From the IMG/VR virus record IMGVR_UViG_3300024259_000011: a stretch of 64,000 nucleotides of DNA; one strand, given 5' to 3'. The notes under the pieces were generated by a model. It was not told the DNA's origin and did no database searches. It was given only the letters and a program-made list of their open reading frames with translations. The position numbers and the translations under genes were made by a program. The DNA comes from a virus. Taxonomy: Duplodnaviria; Caudoviricetes. Position 1 is the first letter of the stretch. Every line of letters starts with the position of its first letter. Below are positions 1 to 8,769 of this stretch, piece by piece.

Positions 1-1272
1 GTCGGCGATAGCCTTCATGGTCAGAAAGTACTTGCTAAAACCTCGGTCATCGATGACGGATAGCTCACGGGTGAGGCGTTCAATGTATTCGTCATCCTCA
101 TGATAGCCGAGAGACTTCAGACCCTCAAAGCTTAGCTTGACCAGTGCATCAGTAGCGGTCAGTCCAGCGGGAACCACGAAGTCAGGAAGTCGTACAGTGT
201 TGTCCGGAAAAAAACTTTCAATGCGGTCGTGAGCAATCTTATACCCAGTTGTGATCGACTTGAGTACCACGTCATCATCGTACTCATAGTCCGCTGCATA
301 CTTCTCGTAACTCTCCCACATCTGATCGCCGTTCTTGGGATACAACTCGTATCCAATCTCTTCAACGTCAATCGGGAGTTCGCTGCTCTCGTATGCAGGC
401 TTGCTCTTTCCAAGCCAGCCTAGGCGCTTATAAAGTTCGCGATCCTTCCACGCAGTAGGATTGGGGTAATGACTGTCCGCTGTTGAAACTAAGTCAACGC
501 CAAACTCATTGTGCATTTCAATGATACACTGGTTCAGTGTGTGCTGCTCGGGAACATTGTTCCACTGCAGTTCACCATACCATCGGTCGCCAAAGATCGA
601 TTGCATTCGACGAGTAGTCGTCCGCATACGCTCTAGGCACTGTTCTCTGTCAAAGGAGCGACTGCCTTCATCGTCAGTCTCCCAGCTATGCCAGAAATCC
701 TGTGCATAAACTCCGCCCAAGCATGCAGAAGATGCAATGATGCCTTCCGAATACTTTTCAAGCAAAGCATAATCCATTCGGGGATAACGATAAAAGTTTT
801 CACTCTTGTAGCTTTCCGAAATGAGTTTGAAAAGGTTATTAAGTCCGGTCTGATTCTGGACAACGAGGACGAGGTGTGCGCGCAGGCGAAGGACATCCTT
901 CACAGTCTTTTTGCTCGCATCCTCGTCCTCGATAGTCGTACCAGATTGGGACTCTTCCTTTTTGTTCTTGACCTTCGCTCGCGCTTCATCATAATCAGTC
1001 CTCCACTCCGAAATAGACGGAATGAAGTAAGCCTCGACACCGAATACAGGCTTGAAGTCTTTACCTTCTGCCTGCATCTTCTTAGCATGCAGAACCTGAT
1101 GGGCTAGCCCATTCATATTACCATGATCCGTGAGAGCTAGAGCATCACAACCATTCTGGTATGCAAAGTCCATATGCTCCTGTGGATATCCGATAGCATC
1201 GAAAATAGAGCCAGCCACGCTGTGAGCGTGTAGGTTTACGAAAGGGATCTTAGATGAAACGCGAGTTGTCAT
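1..1272 (-). CDS. dnaE: DNA polymerase III alpha subunit (family C), N-terminal PHP part, runs off window start
   Basis: Manual translation from ATG at 1272 (absent from ORF track as no stop lies in the window): MTTRVSSKIPFVNLHAHS...LALTDHGNMNG...KPVFGVEAY...YGELQ...TADSHY...GFSKYFLTMKAIAD, the DnaE PHP-domain motifs. Confidence 0.92.
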   Translation of the reverse strand, partial: MTTRVSSKIPFVNLHAHSVAGSIFDAIGYPQEHMDFAYQNGCDALALTDHGNMNGLAHQVLHAKKMQAEGKDFKPVFGVEAYFIPSISEWRTDYDEARAKVKNKKEESQSGTTIEDEDASKKTVKDVLRLRAHLVLVVQNQTGLNNLFKLISESYKSENFYRYPRMDYALLEKYSEGIIASSACLGGVYAQDFWHSWETDDEGSRSFDREQCLERMRTTTRRMQSIFGDRWYGELQWNNVPEQHTLNQCIIEMHNEFGVDLVSTADSHYPNPTAWKDRELYKRLGWLGKSKPAYESSELPIDVEEIGYELYPKNGDQMWESYEKYAADYEYDDDVVLKSITTGYKIAHDRIESFFPDNTVRLPDFVVPAGLTATDALVKLSFEGLKSLGYHEDDEYIERLTRELSVIDDRGFSKYFLTMKAIAD

Positions 1273-1278
1273 TTATGC

Positions 1279-1491
1279 TTACGCCTCGTCGATGATGTTG
1301 TCAACGAGACGAACGAAATCAGTAGGTCCAAGATCGTTGCCATTGGCACTCTCCTGAATAACGTGATAACGAAGACCGCCAAGGCGCCGATGCAGATGAT
1401 TAATCTTCTCGCTAAGCGCTGTGACTGTTGCTTCTAGGGTTGTGTTCTTCGCGGATAGCGAAGTCTTTGGTGAGGTTTTGGGTGAGGGCAT
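1279..1491 (-). CDS. small hypothetical protein (about 70 aa)
   Basis: ATG at 1491 (MPSPK) preceded by AAGGAG; fills the gap between adjacent genes on the coding strand. Confidence 0.6.
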   Translation of the reverse strand: MPSPKTSPKTSLSAKNTTLEATVTALSEKINHLHRRLGGLRYHVIQESANGNDLGPTDFVRLVDNIIDEA

Positions 1492-1492
1492 T

Positions 1493-2404
1493 TTATTCTC
1501 CTTGTTTGATATCCATGCCAATTGGTTTGAGTGTCGAAACCGGTAAAAGATTATCCGGACGCTCGACATTTGTAGCCTCTGGCGAGGCTAAAAACTTACG
1601 GTAGTGTTGCCAGTCCTTTATAGAATGAAACCACGGTGCTTCGACTTTATTAGCTCCCTCTATTATAGCAGATTTGAACACAATGTCAAGTGAAAAGTGT
1701 CGTGCAGAGTATCTTTTTTCAAGTGGCAGCTTTTTACTGGGGTATTTCTCGTTTTCTTTGGGGGCATACCAGCCGCCCGTTCCTTTGCGCCTGACCTCGC
1801 GTCGAAAACGTTTGAAGTCTTCGGCGTCAAAAGTAAAGCTGAGTGGGTGTCCTTCACGAATCGTTTCGCCATTAGTGGTTAAGTAGAACCCTTTGTTTGA
1901 TGAGATCTCTCTACGATATGATCTTAACACAGTCGGGTCATAAATGCCAGTAGAAAATGCAACAAAATATCGATCAGGAATAATCCACTTGCTCATCTGA
2001 TTTGAAATGTGATATGCAGAGAGCGCTCCATGGAGTACGCTCCAGCCCTGACAGTCTCTCTTGTCTCTGTCGTTTGGGTGGATAGGCACATAGAAGATTG
2101 GAATCGGCTGTTTGCTTTCGCTCGGAAAAGGATCTTGTGTCCGGTTGACCCACACAGGATCTTCAACACAGTCTCCCAGTCGATGTTTAATAATGGGTGC
2201 CACGTCATCGTTGCACACAATCCAGATCGTTTCACAGCCTGCGTATGCACACTGCACTACAGCAAGTTCCAATGCTGTATAGTTTTCTGCCACCGGGACC
2301 ATACAATTCGGCAGCCCAAGGTTAATGTTTGATGCCTGTCCTGCAATCGGGATGATGCCGGCAAGGTGAAACGACTGGCTATTTCCAGTACCAGATTCAA
2401 TCAT
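1493..2404 (-). CDS. hypothetical protein, nucleotidyltransferase/GT-A-like N-terminus
   Basis: LAGIIPIAG...LPNCMVPV...GCETIWIV resembles the start of sugar-phosphate nucleotidyltransferases, but the canonical GxGTR is absent. Confidence 0.5.
   Translation of the reverse strand: MIESGTGNSQSFHLAGIIPIAGQASNINLGLPNCMVPVAENYTALELAVVQCAYAGCETIWIVCNDDVAPIIKHRLGDCVEDPVWVNRTQDPFPSESKQPIPIFYVPIHPNDRDKRDCQGWSVLHGALSAYHISNQMSKWIIPDRYFVAFSTGIYDPTVLRSYRREISSNKGFYLTTNGETIREGHPLSFTFDAEDFKRFRREVRRKGTGGWYAPKENEKYPSKKLPLEKRYSARHFSLDIVFKSAIIEGANKVEAPWFHSIKDWQHYRKFLASPEATNVERPDNLLPVSTLKPIGMDIKQGE
1662..1689 (-). promoter_or_regulatory. sigma70-like promoter TTGACA-16-TATAAT inside the upstream CDS, likely serving dnaE
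   Basis: Perfect consensus hexamers read on the minus strand, about 170 nt upstream of the next gene start. Confidence 0.65.
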
Positions 2405-3285
2405 GAGTTCAATAAAACTTTAGGTATGTATGGGTTGGCTGGCTTATCATAACCCTCATGTAGCAACTCGGTCAACATTTCGGGTGGGCTGACATCGTGA
2501 TAAGTGATGTCCGGTTCGGGTCCGTATCCATGCATAGCAATCCTATCTTTTTCACGGCGGTCGAACTCAATCTTCAAAGCATAATGTTTTTGCTTACCCG
2601 TCTTGGGACAGATGCCATTCTTAGTACCGCGAATGCCCATTTCACTCATGGCGGCAACAATCGCAAACCTAGCATAAGTGGGAGAATGTTCAAACACATC
2701 TACCTGATCCTCGTCTAAATACGAAATAGCACACAAATCTTTCATATCAAGATGGTCACCGTCTAAGCGCTCAGAAGGGTAAAAAATGATTTCACGAACA
2801 AAGTCCTGAGAGGGCGTGATGATATGTGTCTCTTTATGTTTCATGCCGGAACGAACATTGAACCAATCCACGATCCTGTAAGTCTCGCAGGCTTTTGTTA
2901 TAGGAGGCATGCCATCGACCCCAAAATCATTAAATATCCACAAGCTCCCATATTTAACTTTCGTCATTCTGGAGCGATTGCTGCTTGTGATTGTCAGCAT
3001 GTTTTCTTTGCCTATGCGAACAGCCTGTACATTGTCTGCGAATGGGATCTGACCACCCATCGAGAGTAGCATGTACAGATGGTTCCACAGTTCTATCTGC
3101 TTCTTAGTCTTGTTCTTACCGAATCCATACACTGAATAATCTATTTCTTTGTCAAAGTCATCAATTGTTTTAGGTGCAGAATCACCATACCCAATGACAG
3201 GGTGCCCTGTATAGAAAGCGTAGATCAAGGCGCTCAAGCTATAGCCTATGATTACGTCATTCCATTGGTACGTGTGTTCTTTCAT
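2401..3285 (-). CDS. hypothetical protein with degenerate Rossmann-like N-terminus
   Basis: 294-aa ORF overlapping both neighbours by 4 nt; DVIIGYSLSALIYA resembles a degenerate dinucleotide-binding beta-alpha motif. Confidence 0.55.
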   Translation of the reverse strand: MKEHTYQWNDVIIGYSLSALIYAFYTGHPVIGYGDSAPKTIDDFDKEIDYSVYGFGKNKTKKQIELWNHLYMLLSMGGQIPFADNVQAVRIGKENMLTITSSNRSRMTKVKYGSLWIFNDFGVDGMPPITKACETYRIVDWFNVRSGMKHKETHIITPSQDFVREIIFYPSERLDGDHLDMKDLCAISYLDEDQVDVFEHSPTYARFAIVAAMSEMGIRGTKNGICPKTGKQKHYALKIEFDRREKDRIAMHGYGPEPDITYHDVSPPEMLTELLHEGYDKPANPYIPKVLLNS

Positions 3286-3560
3286 CCATCCATGAGCGAA
3301 GCAAGAACATAGTTCTCCAATATCAGAAGGTACTTCTGTTCATGGAAATCTAGACTCTTAACCATATGTCTTTCAACCGCAATCGTGTCACCTGTCCTGA
3401 GAGTTAGGCTGCAGTCTGCTGCCTGCGCCAACACACGATAATAATCGTACTCTTTCGCTGGCGCTTTGTAATCGTCAGGTAGCACAAATCGCTGCTCTTT
3501 TTCTGCTGTGGCGCCCAACTCTTCAATCTGAATGTATCGGTTCTTTGGGGTGAGTTTCAT
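3282..3560 (-). CDS. GroES/cpn10-like co-chaperonin
   Basis: MKLTPKNRYIQIE...mobile-loop region...GDTIAV...KYLLILENYVLA matches the cpn10 pattern; GGAGG before ATG at 3560. Confidence 0.75.
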   Translation of the reverse strand: MKLTPKNRYIQIEELGATAEKEQRFVLPDDYKAPAKEYDYYRVLAQAADCSLTLRTGDTIAVERHMVKSLDFHEQKYLLILENYVLASLMDG

Positions 3561-3568
3561 GCTTCCTC

Positions 3569-5548
3569 CTAAATGGTGCATGTGTCGTTGGTACAGAATT
3601 TACTTCCTGCACCAGCAGTTTCGGTTTCGATACGCTTAAGCGGCGTAATCTTACTGTTCATTTTTTTATATTCACTCTCGGTGATTGCCTCGTAGGGAGC
3701 TTGCTTGTATCCAGTCTCCTTATAAGCGAGGAAAGACACAGCCTTTAATCTCGTCTCGTACATTTCAAGCGCGCTCTTTAAGCCATCGGCTTCGTGCGGC
3801 TGAAAGGTTACTGTTACGGAAACAGAGTTATCTGCCCAGAAGTGTTGATATTGTGCTGCAATCTCAAGCTGCTCCCACATCGATACGTCCTTCTTACTCT
3901 TTTCAAAGTATGGCTCTTGGACCGGAAACTCCACAACTGTAGTGTTCGGTGAGTAGGCGTCAGGCTCCATTTTGTAACCCGCCTTACTCAATGGCTCAAG
4001 CAGATCTGAAGTGTTAGAAAAACGAATCCTGCGAATGTAGTACTCTGACTCAGGGAAGTGAATCCCCGGGGTGCTGCCATTAAGAAGAGAAACCGTGCCG
4101 CTTGGCTTGATACTCGTCATGCGTACAGAGCGCGGAATACAAAGCCAGTTTGAATATTCTTCGTCCAAGTCCTGCACACGATCATAAGCCTTGTCGCACC
4201 ATTCATAAATCTCGCGGCGTCCATGCTTGGAGAACGCCTGTACCACACCAGACTGTGACAATCCAATCCGGCGGTTCTTAAGCATGATTGCATTTGTCTC
4301 TGGCCAATGTGTGTTGACCAGCGTGACGGTCTTACCGTAGAGGTATGCGATCTTTAATGTTTTTAGATAATCATCATAGTTTTCGTGCTTAGCTGGGTAT
4401 GTCTCAACCAAGCAGCAAAGCTCGGCGTCCTCAAGCTGTTGTTCTACGCAAGGGTTGAACCCCATAACATGACGATCATCATCACGCGGATCGTCCTTAA
4501 ACCTGCCGCGTGTACGTGCGTTGTTCAGCCAGATGTATCCCGGCTCTCCGTTCTTCTGGCTCTGTGCTGCATGCCAAGAATAGTCCATGCCAACTACAGC
4601 CTCAAAGGAGTTGTTAGAGCCCCAGCGATGAGAATAAAGCTTCTCCTGATCGTTCTTCATGGACAAGTATTCCTTATCATCGTGTGCTCCCAAAGCGAGC
4701 GCGGCAGATCGACGCACATTGCCAGCGACAACACACTTACCAATAAGATTCTCTGTGTCTACAATATCCACAGAAGATGCAGCTTCGCCAATGCGAGTAT
4801 CATACAACTCCTTAAGGTTATTATGTAGAAGCAGCAGGGGTTCATGCCCTGCGGAGGTTCCGCCGAAGCCTTTGATTTGGGCGCCCATGGGTCGGATGGC
4901 ACTATAATCAAATCGGGGCACATCGCTGCCGAAGTAGTAGCCATCAAGCAGCATGCGGACAGAGTGGACCCAACCTTCGCGGCTGTCATCGATAACATGA
5001 ACATCATCAACCCACTTTGGATCGCGGATCACTGCTGTGCCGGCGCCCTTCGTGTCGAAGCCGACGCCGATGCCCACCATCAGCGCATCCATAATCCAAG
5101 CAAAAAGATATCCGCCCTTGCTGCTCAAGTCCTTTGTAGAGCGGAAAGCGCAGTTGAACAAGCCGGCGCCGGTACGCTCTTGTACGAACTTGGTGCCCAT
5201 CATCCACAGACCGCGCCCGGGTGGCGACCATTTCAGAGTAAAGAGGCGATCATAGGCATCCTTTGCTGTACGCTGTGCCTTTGCGTCGTTCCACTCAAGC
5301 CCTAGTCGGGCAACGTGTTGCTTCTGAATGTCGAACATTCCTTCGATAACGCGGCGGCAGGTCTGATGCCACTCCTCTGTGCCTGCTGCTGCAGGGTCAT
5401 GCTCCTCTAGCCTTCGCGAGTACGTTCGCTTGAAGGTCACATATCCTAGTGGACCCCATGGTACCTGCCGATCACGATAGTTGTCAAGAAATGACTCTGA
5501 TAATCTAAATCGACGCACCGAAGGGTCGCGTTCCTGTTGTTCATACAT
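3569..5548 (-). CDS. nrdJ: class II (adenosylcobalamin-dependent) ribonucleotide reductase, monomeric type
   Basis: KRTYSR, PPGRGLW, FNCAF, GNVRRSA, RWGSNNS, GFNPCVEQ catalytic motif, TSIKPSGTVS, C-terminal CTNDTC. Confidence 0.92.
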   Translation of the reverse strand: MYEQQERDPSVRRFRLSESFLDNYRDRQVPWGPLGYVTFKRTYSRRLEEHDPAAAGTEEWHQTCRRVIEGMFDIQKQHVARLGLEWNDAKAQRTAKDAYDRLFTLKWSPPGRGLWMMGTKFVQERTGAGLFNCAFRSTKDLSSKGGYLFAWIMDALMVGIGVGFDTKGAGTAVIRDPKWVDDVHVIDDSREGWVHSVRMLLDGYYFGSDVPRFDYSAIRPMGAQIKGFGGTSAGHEPLLLLHNNLKELYDTRIGEAASSVDIVDTENLIGKCVVAGNVRRSAALALGAHDDKEYLSMKNDQEKLYSHRWGSNNSFEAVVGMDYSWHAAQSQKNGEPGYIWLNNARTRGRFKDDPRDDDRHVMGFNPCVEQQLEDAELCCLVETYPAKHENYDDYLKTLKIAYLYGKTVTLVNTHWPETNAIMLKNRRIGLSQSGVVQAFSKHGRREIYEWCDKAYDRVQDLDEEYSNWLCIPRSVRMTSIKPSGTVSLLNGSTPGIHFPESEYYIRRIRFSNTSDLLEPLSKAGYKMEPDAYSPNTTVVEFPVQEPYFEKSKKDVSMWEQLEIAAQYQHFWADNSVSVTVTFQPHEADGLKSALEMYETRLKAVSFLAYKETGYKQAPYEAITESEYKKMNSKITPLKRIETETAGAGSKFCTNDTCTI

Positions 5549-6920
5549 TGTTACTTTTACTCCTGTTTTTTTCTTTATAATTCTTGTATTTTTCTTTCAA
5601 GTTCTCTGCTTGTTTCTTAGCAGAGTTCTCTATAATTTCTCCCGGCGTTTCACCAGTTGGCTCTAGAACCTTAATCTTTACAGACCCCGGGTCCATAAAT
5701 ATTGGATAGACGAGTCCATCTGGTCCATTTCGATTTTTAGCGACGAAAATTCGCCCTGTGTTGTTGTTTTTGTCATCAACGGTTCGCGATACAGAGAAAA
5801 TAAAGTCTGCCACAAAGCACTTATTGAAAGCTTCGCTGATCGACTCCATTGTAATAACCTCTGCATTCAATCCCGACCTGTTTGTTTGAGATGCGGTCCA
5901 CACAGGACACTTGTTTTCTTGTGCGATTCCACGTAGCTCTTCATAGATAGATTCCAGTTCATTTCTTTTCTCTTTCTGATATGTAACTGGTCGCAAAAGA
6001 TCTCCGTAGTCAACTATAATAATATCCGGCTTGATGTCTCGCTTGCGCAGCTTCTCTAAGTGAGTTGATAGCGTGCGCGTGCTAGCAGATTTTGTCGGAT
6101 ACTCTTTAATAATTAGTCTGCCTTCGATCTCTTGGACCGCTTCATACACTAATTCTTTCAATTGAAACAAATCATTTAGCGGTATACCGGTTAGGCAAGA
6201 GTCGTAGCGGTTTCCAATAGAAGCTTCAGACAGCTCTAGGGTGTAGTGAACGACCGTTTTGCCATTTTTGATCGCTTGCGCTCCCAAGTGGGTGAGTACC
6301 ATTGATTTACCAGCGCCAGTCGGGGCAATAACAACCCCTAGTTCACCAGAGCCTAGACCACCCTTGCAAAGATCATCCATTTCGCTCCAACCCATCGAGA
6401 TCGCATTGCGAGTCTTAAGCTGGAAGCGGGCTTCAAAATCTTTTATGTAATCATGACCAAAGTTGTTGTCACTGCCCAGCTTGAGGGCAGTATTGATTAC
6501 TGAGCTAATCTCGTCGAATGAAGAACTCTGAAGCAACTTCACAGACTCCATCATTGCTTCTTTAAGCTTCTGCTTTCGGCAGAAGTCTAACGACACTTCT
6601 TTAATATATCCGCGACCCTCAACCTCAGAATTGCAAATACGAGCAAAGTAGGCGCGGACCTGCTGCTTGTCGGTTTCTGTCTCATTCTCCAGTTCAGAGC
6701 GCAAGACAGTCATCATGATCTTCTGCGTTGGGTGTACGTTGTACTTCTCGCGGTACCCAAATACCTGCTTGACGAAAGCGCGAAGGTATGATAGTTCTAA
6801 AAAGTTAATGTCCAGCACCTCAGCGATCTGATCCGCGAACGGACGATCCTCCAAGACAAGTTGACATAGCCCTTCTTGAAAACCTTTTCCGAATTTGCTG
6901 AAACTAGGCTGATCTGACAT
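5541..6920 (-). CDS. DnaB/T4 gp41-like replicative helicase
   Basis: Walker A APTGAGKS, TLELSE, IIVDYGDL, TASQTNRSG, KNRNGPDG; likely start MSDQ at 6920 (track starts at 6944). Confidence 0.92.
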   Translation of the reverse strand: MSDQPSFSKFGKGFQEGLCQLVLEDRPFADQIAEVLDINFLELSYLRAFVKQVFGYREKYNVHPTQKIMMTVLRSELENETETDKQQVRAYFARICNSEVEGRGYIKEVSLDFCRKQKLKEAMMESVKLLQSSSFDEISSVINTALKLGSDNNFGHDYIKDFEARFQLKTRNAISMGWSEMDDLCKGGLGSGELGVVIAPTGAGKSMVLTHLGAQAIKNGKTVVHYTLELSEASIGNRYDSCLTGIPLNDLFQLKELVYEAVQEIEGRLIIKEYPTKSASTRTLSTHLEKLRKRDIKPDIIIVDYGDLLRPVTYQKEKRNELESIYEELRGIAQENKCPVWTASQTNRSGLNAEVITMESISEAFNKCFVADFIFSVSRTVDDKNNNTGRIFVAKNRNGPDGLVYPIFMDPGSVKIKVLEPTGETPGEIIENSAKKQAENLKEKYKNYKEKNRSKSNNV

Positions 6921-6939
6921 TTCTTTTCCCATGGTAGAG

Positions 6940-6968
6940 ATCATAACTCATTTGTCACTTATTGTCAA
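6940..6968 (-). promoter_or_regulatory. sigma70-like promoter TTGACA-17-TATGAT
   Basis: Read directly upstream of the helicase gene. Confidence 0.7.
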
Positions 6969-7920
6969 CCACTATTCGTCTCATACACTGAAATAATGAC
7001 GACCAATCAAATGTGCCGAAACCATCTTCGATCATCATGCCTTGAACGCCAGTTTTATTAAAAAGTTGTTCTGCGTCTTCGATAGCAAACCGAACCTTGG
7101 ACTTGCCCTGCGGGGATAGCGATGGCGCATACAACTGCATAAGCTTATAGTTCTGCTCCACCACGGCGCGTCCCTCCAGTATTGAACTGAACGCCTTGAG
7201 GTTTGACTCAGCCTCATCGCAGAAATCCATCAGTCGATCAATCGTACAGAACTCCTCATCCGCAAAGAAAGGAAAACGCTTCTTGATTGTACCAAGACCA
7301 ACGCCATTAATGCCGGGGAGATTGTCTGACGTGTCGCCAGCAATAGCCCGGGCTAGCGCCATGTTGTTCGGGTGAATGCTGTACTCTTCGACCAACCGCT
7401 TCGTGTTCATGACCTGCTTCTGAATCGGACGAAGTACTACGGTATTGTCATCACATAGCTGAAAAAAGTCTTTGTCGCTAGAAACGATAACCTTCTGCCA
7501 GTCGGCGAAACTGGAAAGCCTAGAGACAAACGCAATAACATCGTCGGCTTCTACTGCCGGAAGCATGGTCTGTGAGATAGGCATTTCGTTCAGGTACTCG
7601 ATCAAGCGAGTCTGCTGCCATACCTTATTCTTCAACTCTTCATTCTCGGTGAGGGTCCGAATATCACGATTCAAGCGAATGGGCTTGCGACCCTCTTTGT
7701 AGCCTTTGTTGACCGCCTTACGCTTTTGAGAGCCGCCAGCGCCATCCCATGCGATCACGATATGATCTGGCTTGGTTTCACGCACCAGCTTCTGAAGGAT
7801 CTTAAGGAACCCTTTTACTCCACCGATGGGCTGACCGTTGGTGGAGAGGCTAGGGTCTACGATATATGCACGAAAATACATATTTAGTGCGTCAATGATT
7901 AATACTCTTGGCTGGCTCAT
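6955..7920 (-). CDS. 5'-3' exonuclease / flap endonuclease (T4 RNase H, PolI N-terminal type)
   Basis: LIIDALN, IAWDG, VEADDVIA, SSDKDFFQL, AGDTSDNLPGINGVG (H3TH). Confidence 0.92.
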   Translation of the reverse strand: MSQPRVLIIDALNMYFRAYIVDPSLSTNGQPIGGVKGFLKILQKLVRETKPDHIVIAWDGAGGSQKRKAVNKGYKEGRKPIRLNRDIRTLTENEELKNKVWQQTRLIEYLNEMPISQTMLPAVEADDVIAFVSRLSSFADWQKVIVSSDKDFFQLCDDNTVVLRPIQKQVMNTKRLVEEYSIHPNNMALARAIAGDTSDNLPGINGVGLGTIKKRFPFFADEEFCTIDRLMDFCDEAESNLKAFSSILEGRAVVEQNYKLMQLYAPSLSPQGKSKVRFAIEDAEQLFNKTGVQGMMIEDGFGTFDWSSLFQCMRRIVVDNK

Positions 7921-8312
7921 GGCTTATAGACTCCCATCGTCTTGTTGTCAATACTGTAAAATACGCGCTTGACGCCTACATGTCTAAGGACTGCAGCACA
8001 CATGTCGCAAGGTTTGGAAAGCCTAAGCTCTCCACCCTTACCGATGCGGCAGACGTACATTGTAGCGCCCATTGTTTTCTTGCGGTCCAGACCCAAGACG
8101 CAACCTAGCTCTGCATGGTGCGTGGCATGACCGCAGTTTCGCTGGCGAAAGCGATTCCCGAAAGAAGCATGCCTGTTCTTATTCGTGGAAAGTCCAATAA
8201 TATTGGAGCCTCGCAACAAGAGCGCGCCATGGCGATAGTCTTCGTTACTGGAACTATTTGCCATGCGAGCAGCTAGCACCATATATCTCTTGTGTCGTCC
8301 GGACAGCTTCAT
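7917..8312 (-). CDS. zinc-dependent deaminase (dCMP/cytidine deaminase family)
   Basis: HAE and PCDMC zinc motifs, RHGALL; likely start MKLSG at 8312. Confidence 0.8.
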   Translation of the reverse strand: MKLSGRHKRYMVLAARMANSSSNEDYRHGALLLRGSNIIGLSTNKNRHASFGNRFRQRNCGHATHHAELGCVLGLDRKKTMGATMYVCRIGKGGELRLSKPCDMCAAVLRHVGVKRVFYSIDNKTMGVYKP

Positions 8313-8377
8313 AAAATAATAAATAAGGGTGCCTTCGGAGAGAGAGTACCCTTCCCGAAGGCGTATTATGTCGCTAA

Positions 8378-8713
8378 TCAGCGATGGCGGCGATGTGCCG
8401 GGGCGCGGCGGACCCAACGTCCGGACACCCAATGTCGGTTACGACCGTAACCTACCCAATGACCGGGCGCCCATCGCGCATTGTTATGCGTACGAGCAGC
8501 AGGTCGATTAGGTCCAAAGTCGCGACCGTGAACCGGATGCGACCAGTGAGCCCGAAACACACGGGTAGCAGGAACCCACGTCCATGCAACAGTCACAGTA
8601 GGATGACCTACTGCGGCAGTAGCACGGGCGTTTGGACAATGCTGGTTGTGTGCGTTGGCAGATTGCGGGACTGCTAATGCAGCCACCGCAGCGAGCGTGA
8701 TAAGGAATTTCAT
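8378..8713 (-). CDS. secreted His/Arg/Trp-rich protein with WxxGxW-type repeats
   Basis: Signal peptide MKFLITLAAVAALAVPQSANA; WVPA, WAPGHW and WVSGRW repeats; strong SD GGAAGGAG. Confidence 0.6.
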   Translation of the reverse strand: MKFLITLAAVAALAVPQSANAHNQHCPNARATAAVGHPTVTVAWTWVPATRVFRAHWSHPVHGRDFGPNRPAARTHNNARWAPGHWVGYGRNRHWVSGRWVRRAPAHRRHR

Positions 8714-8769
8714 ATTATTTCTCCTTCCTTCTTTGTTGTTCACTATGTTAGACGTATGAGGGCTAAGTT

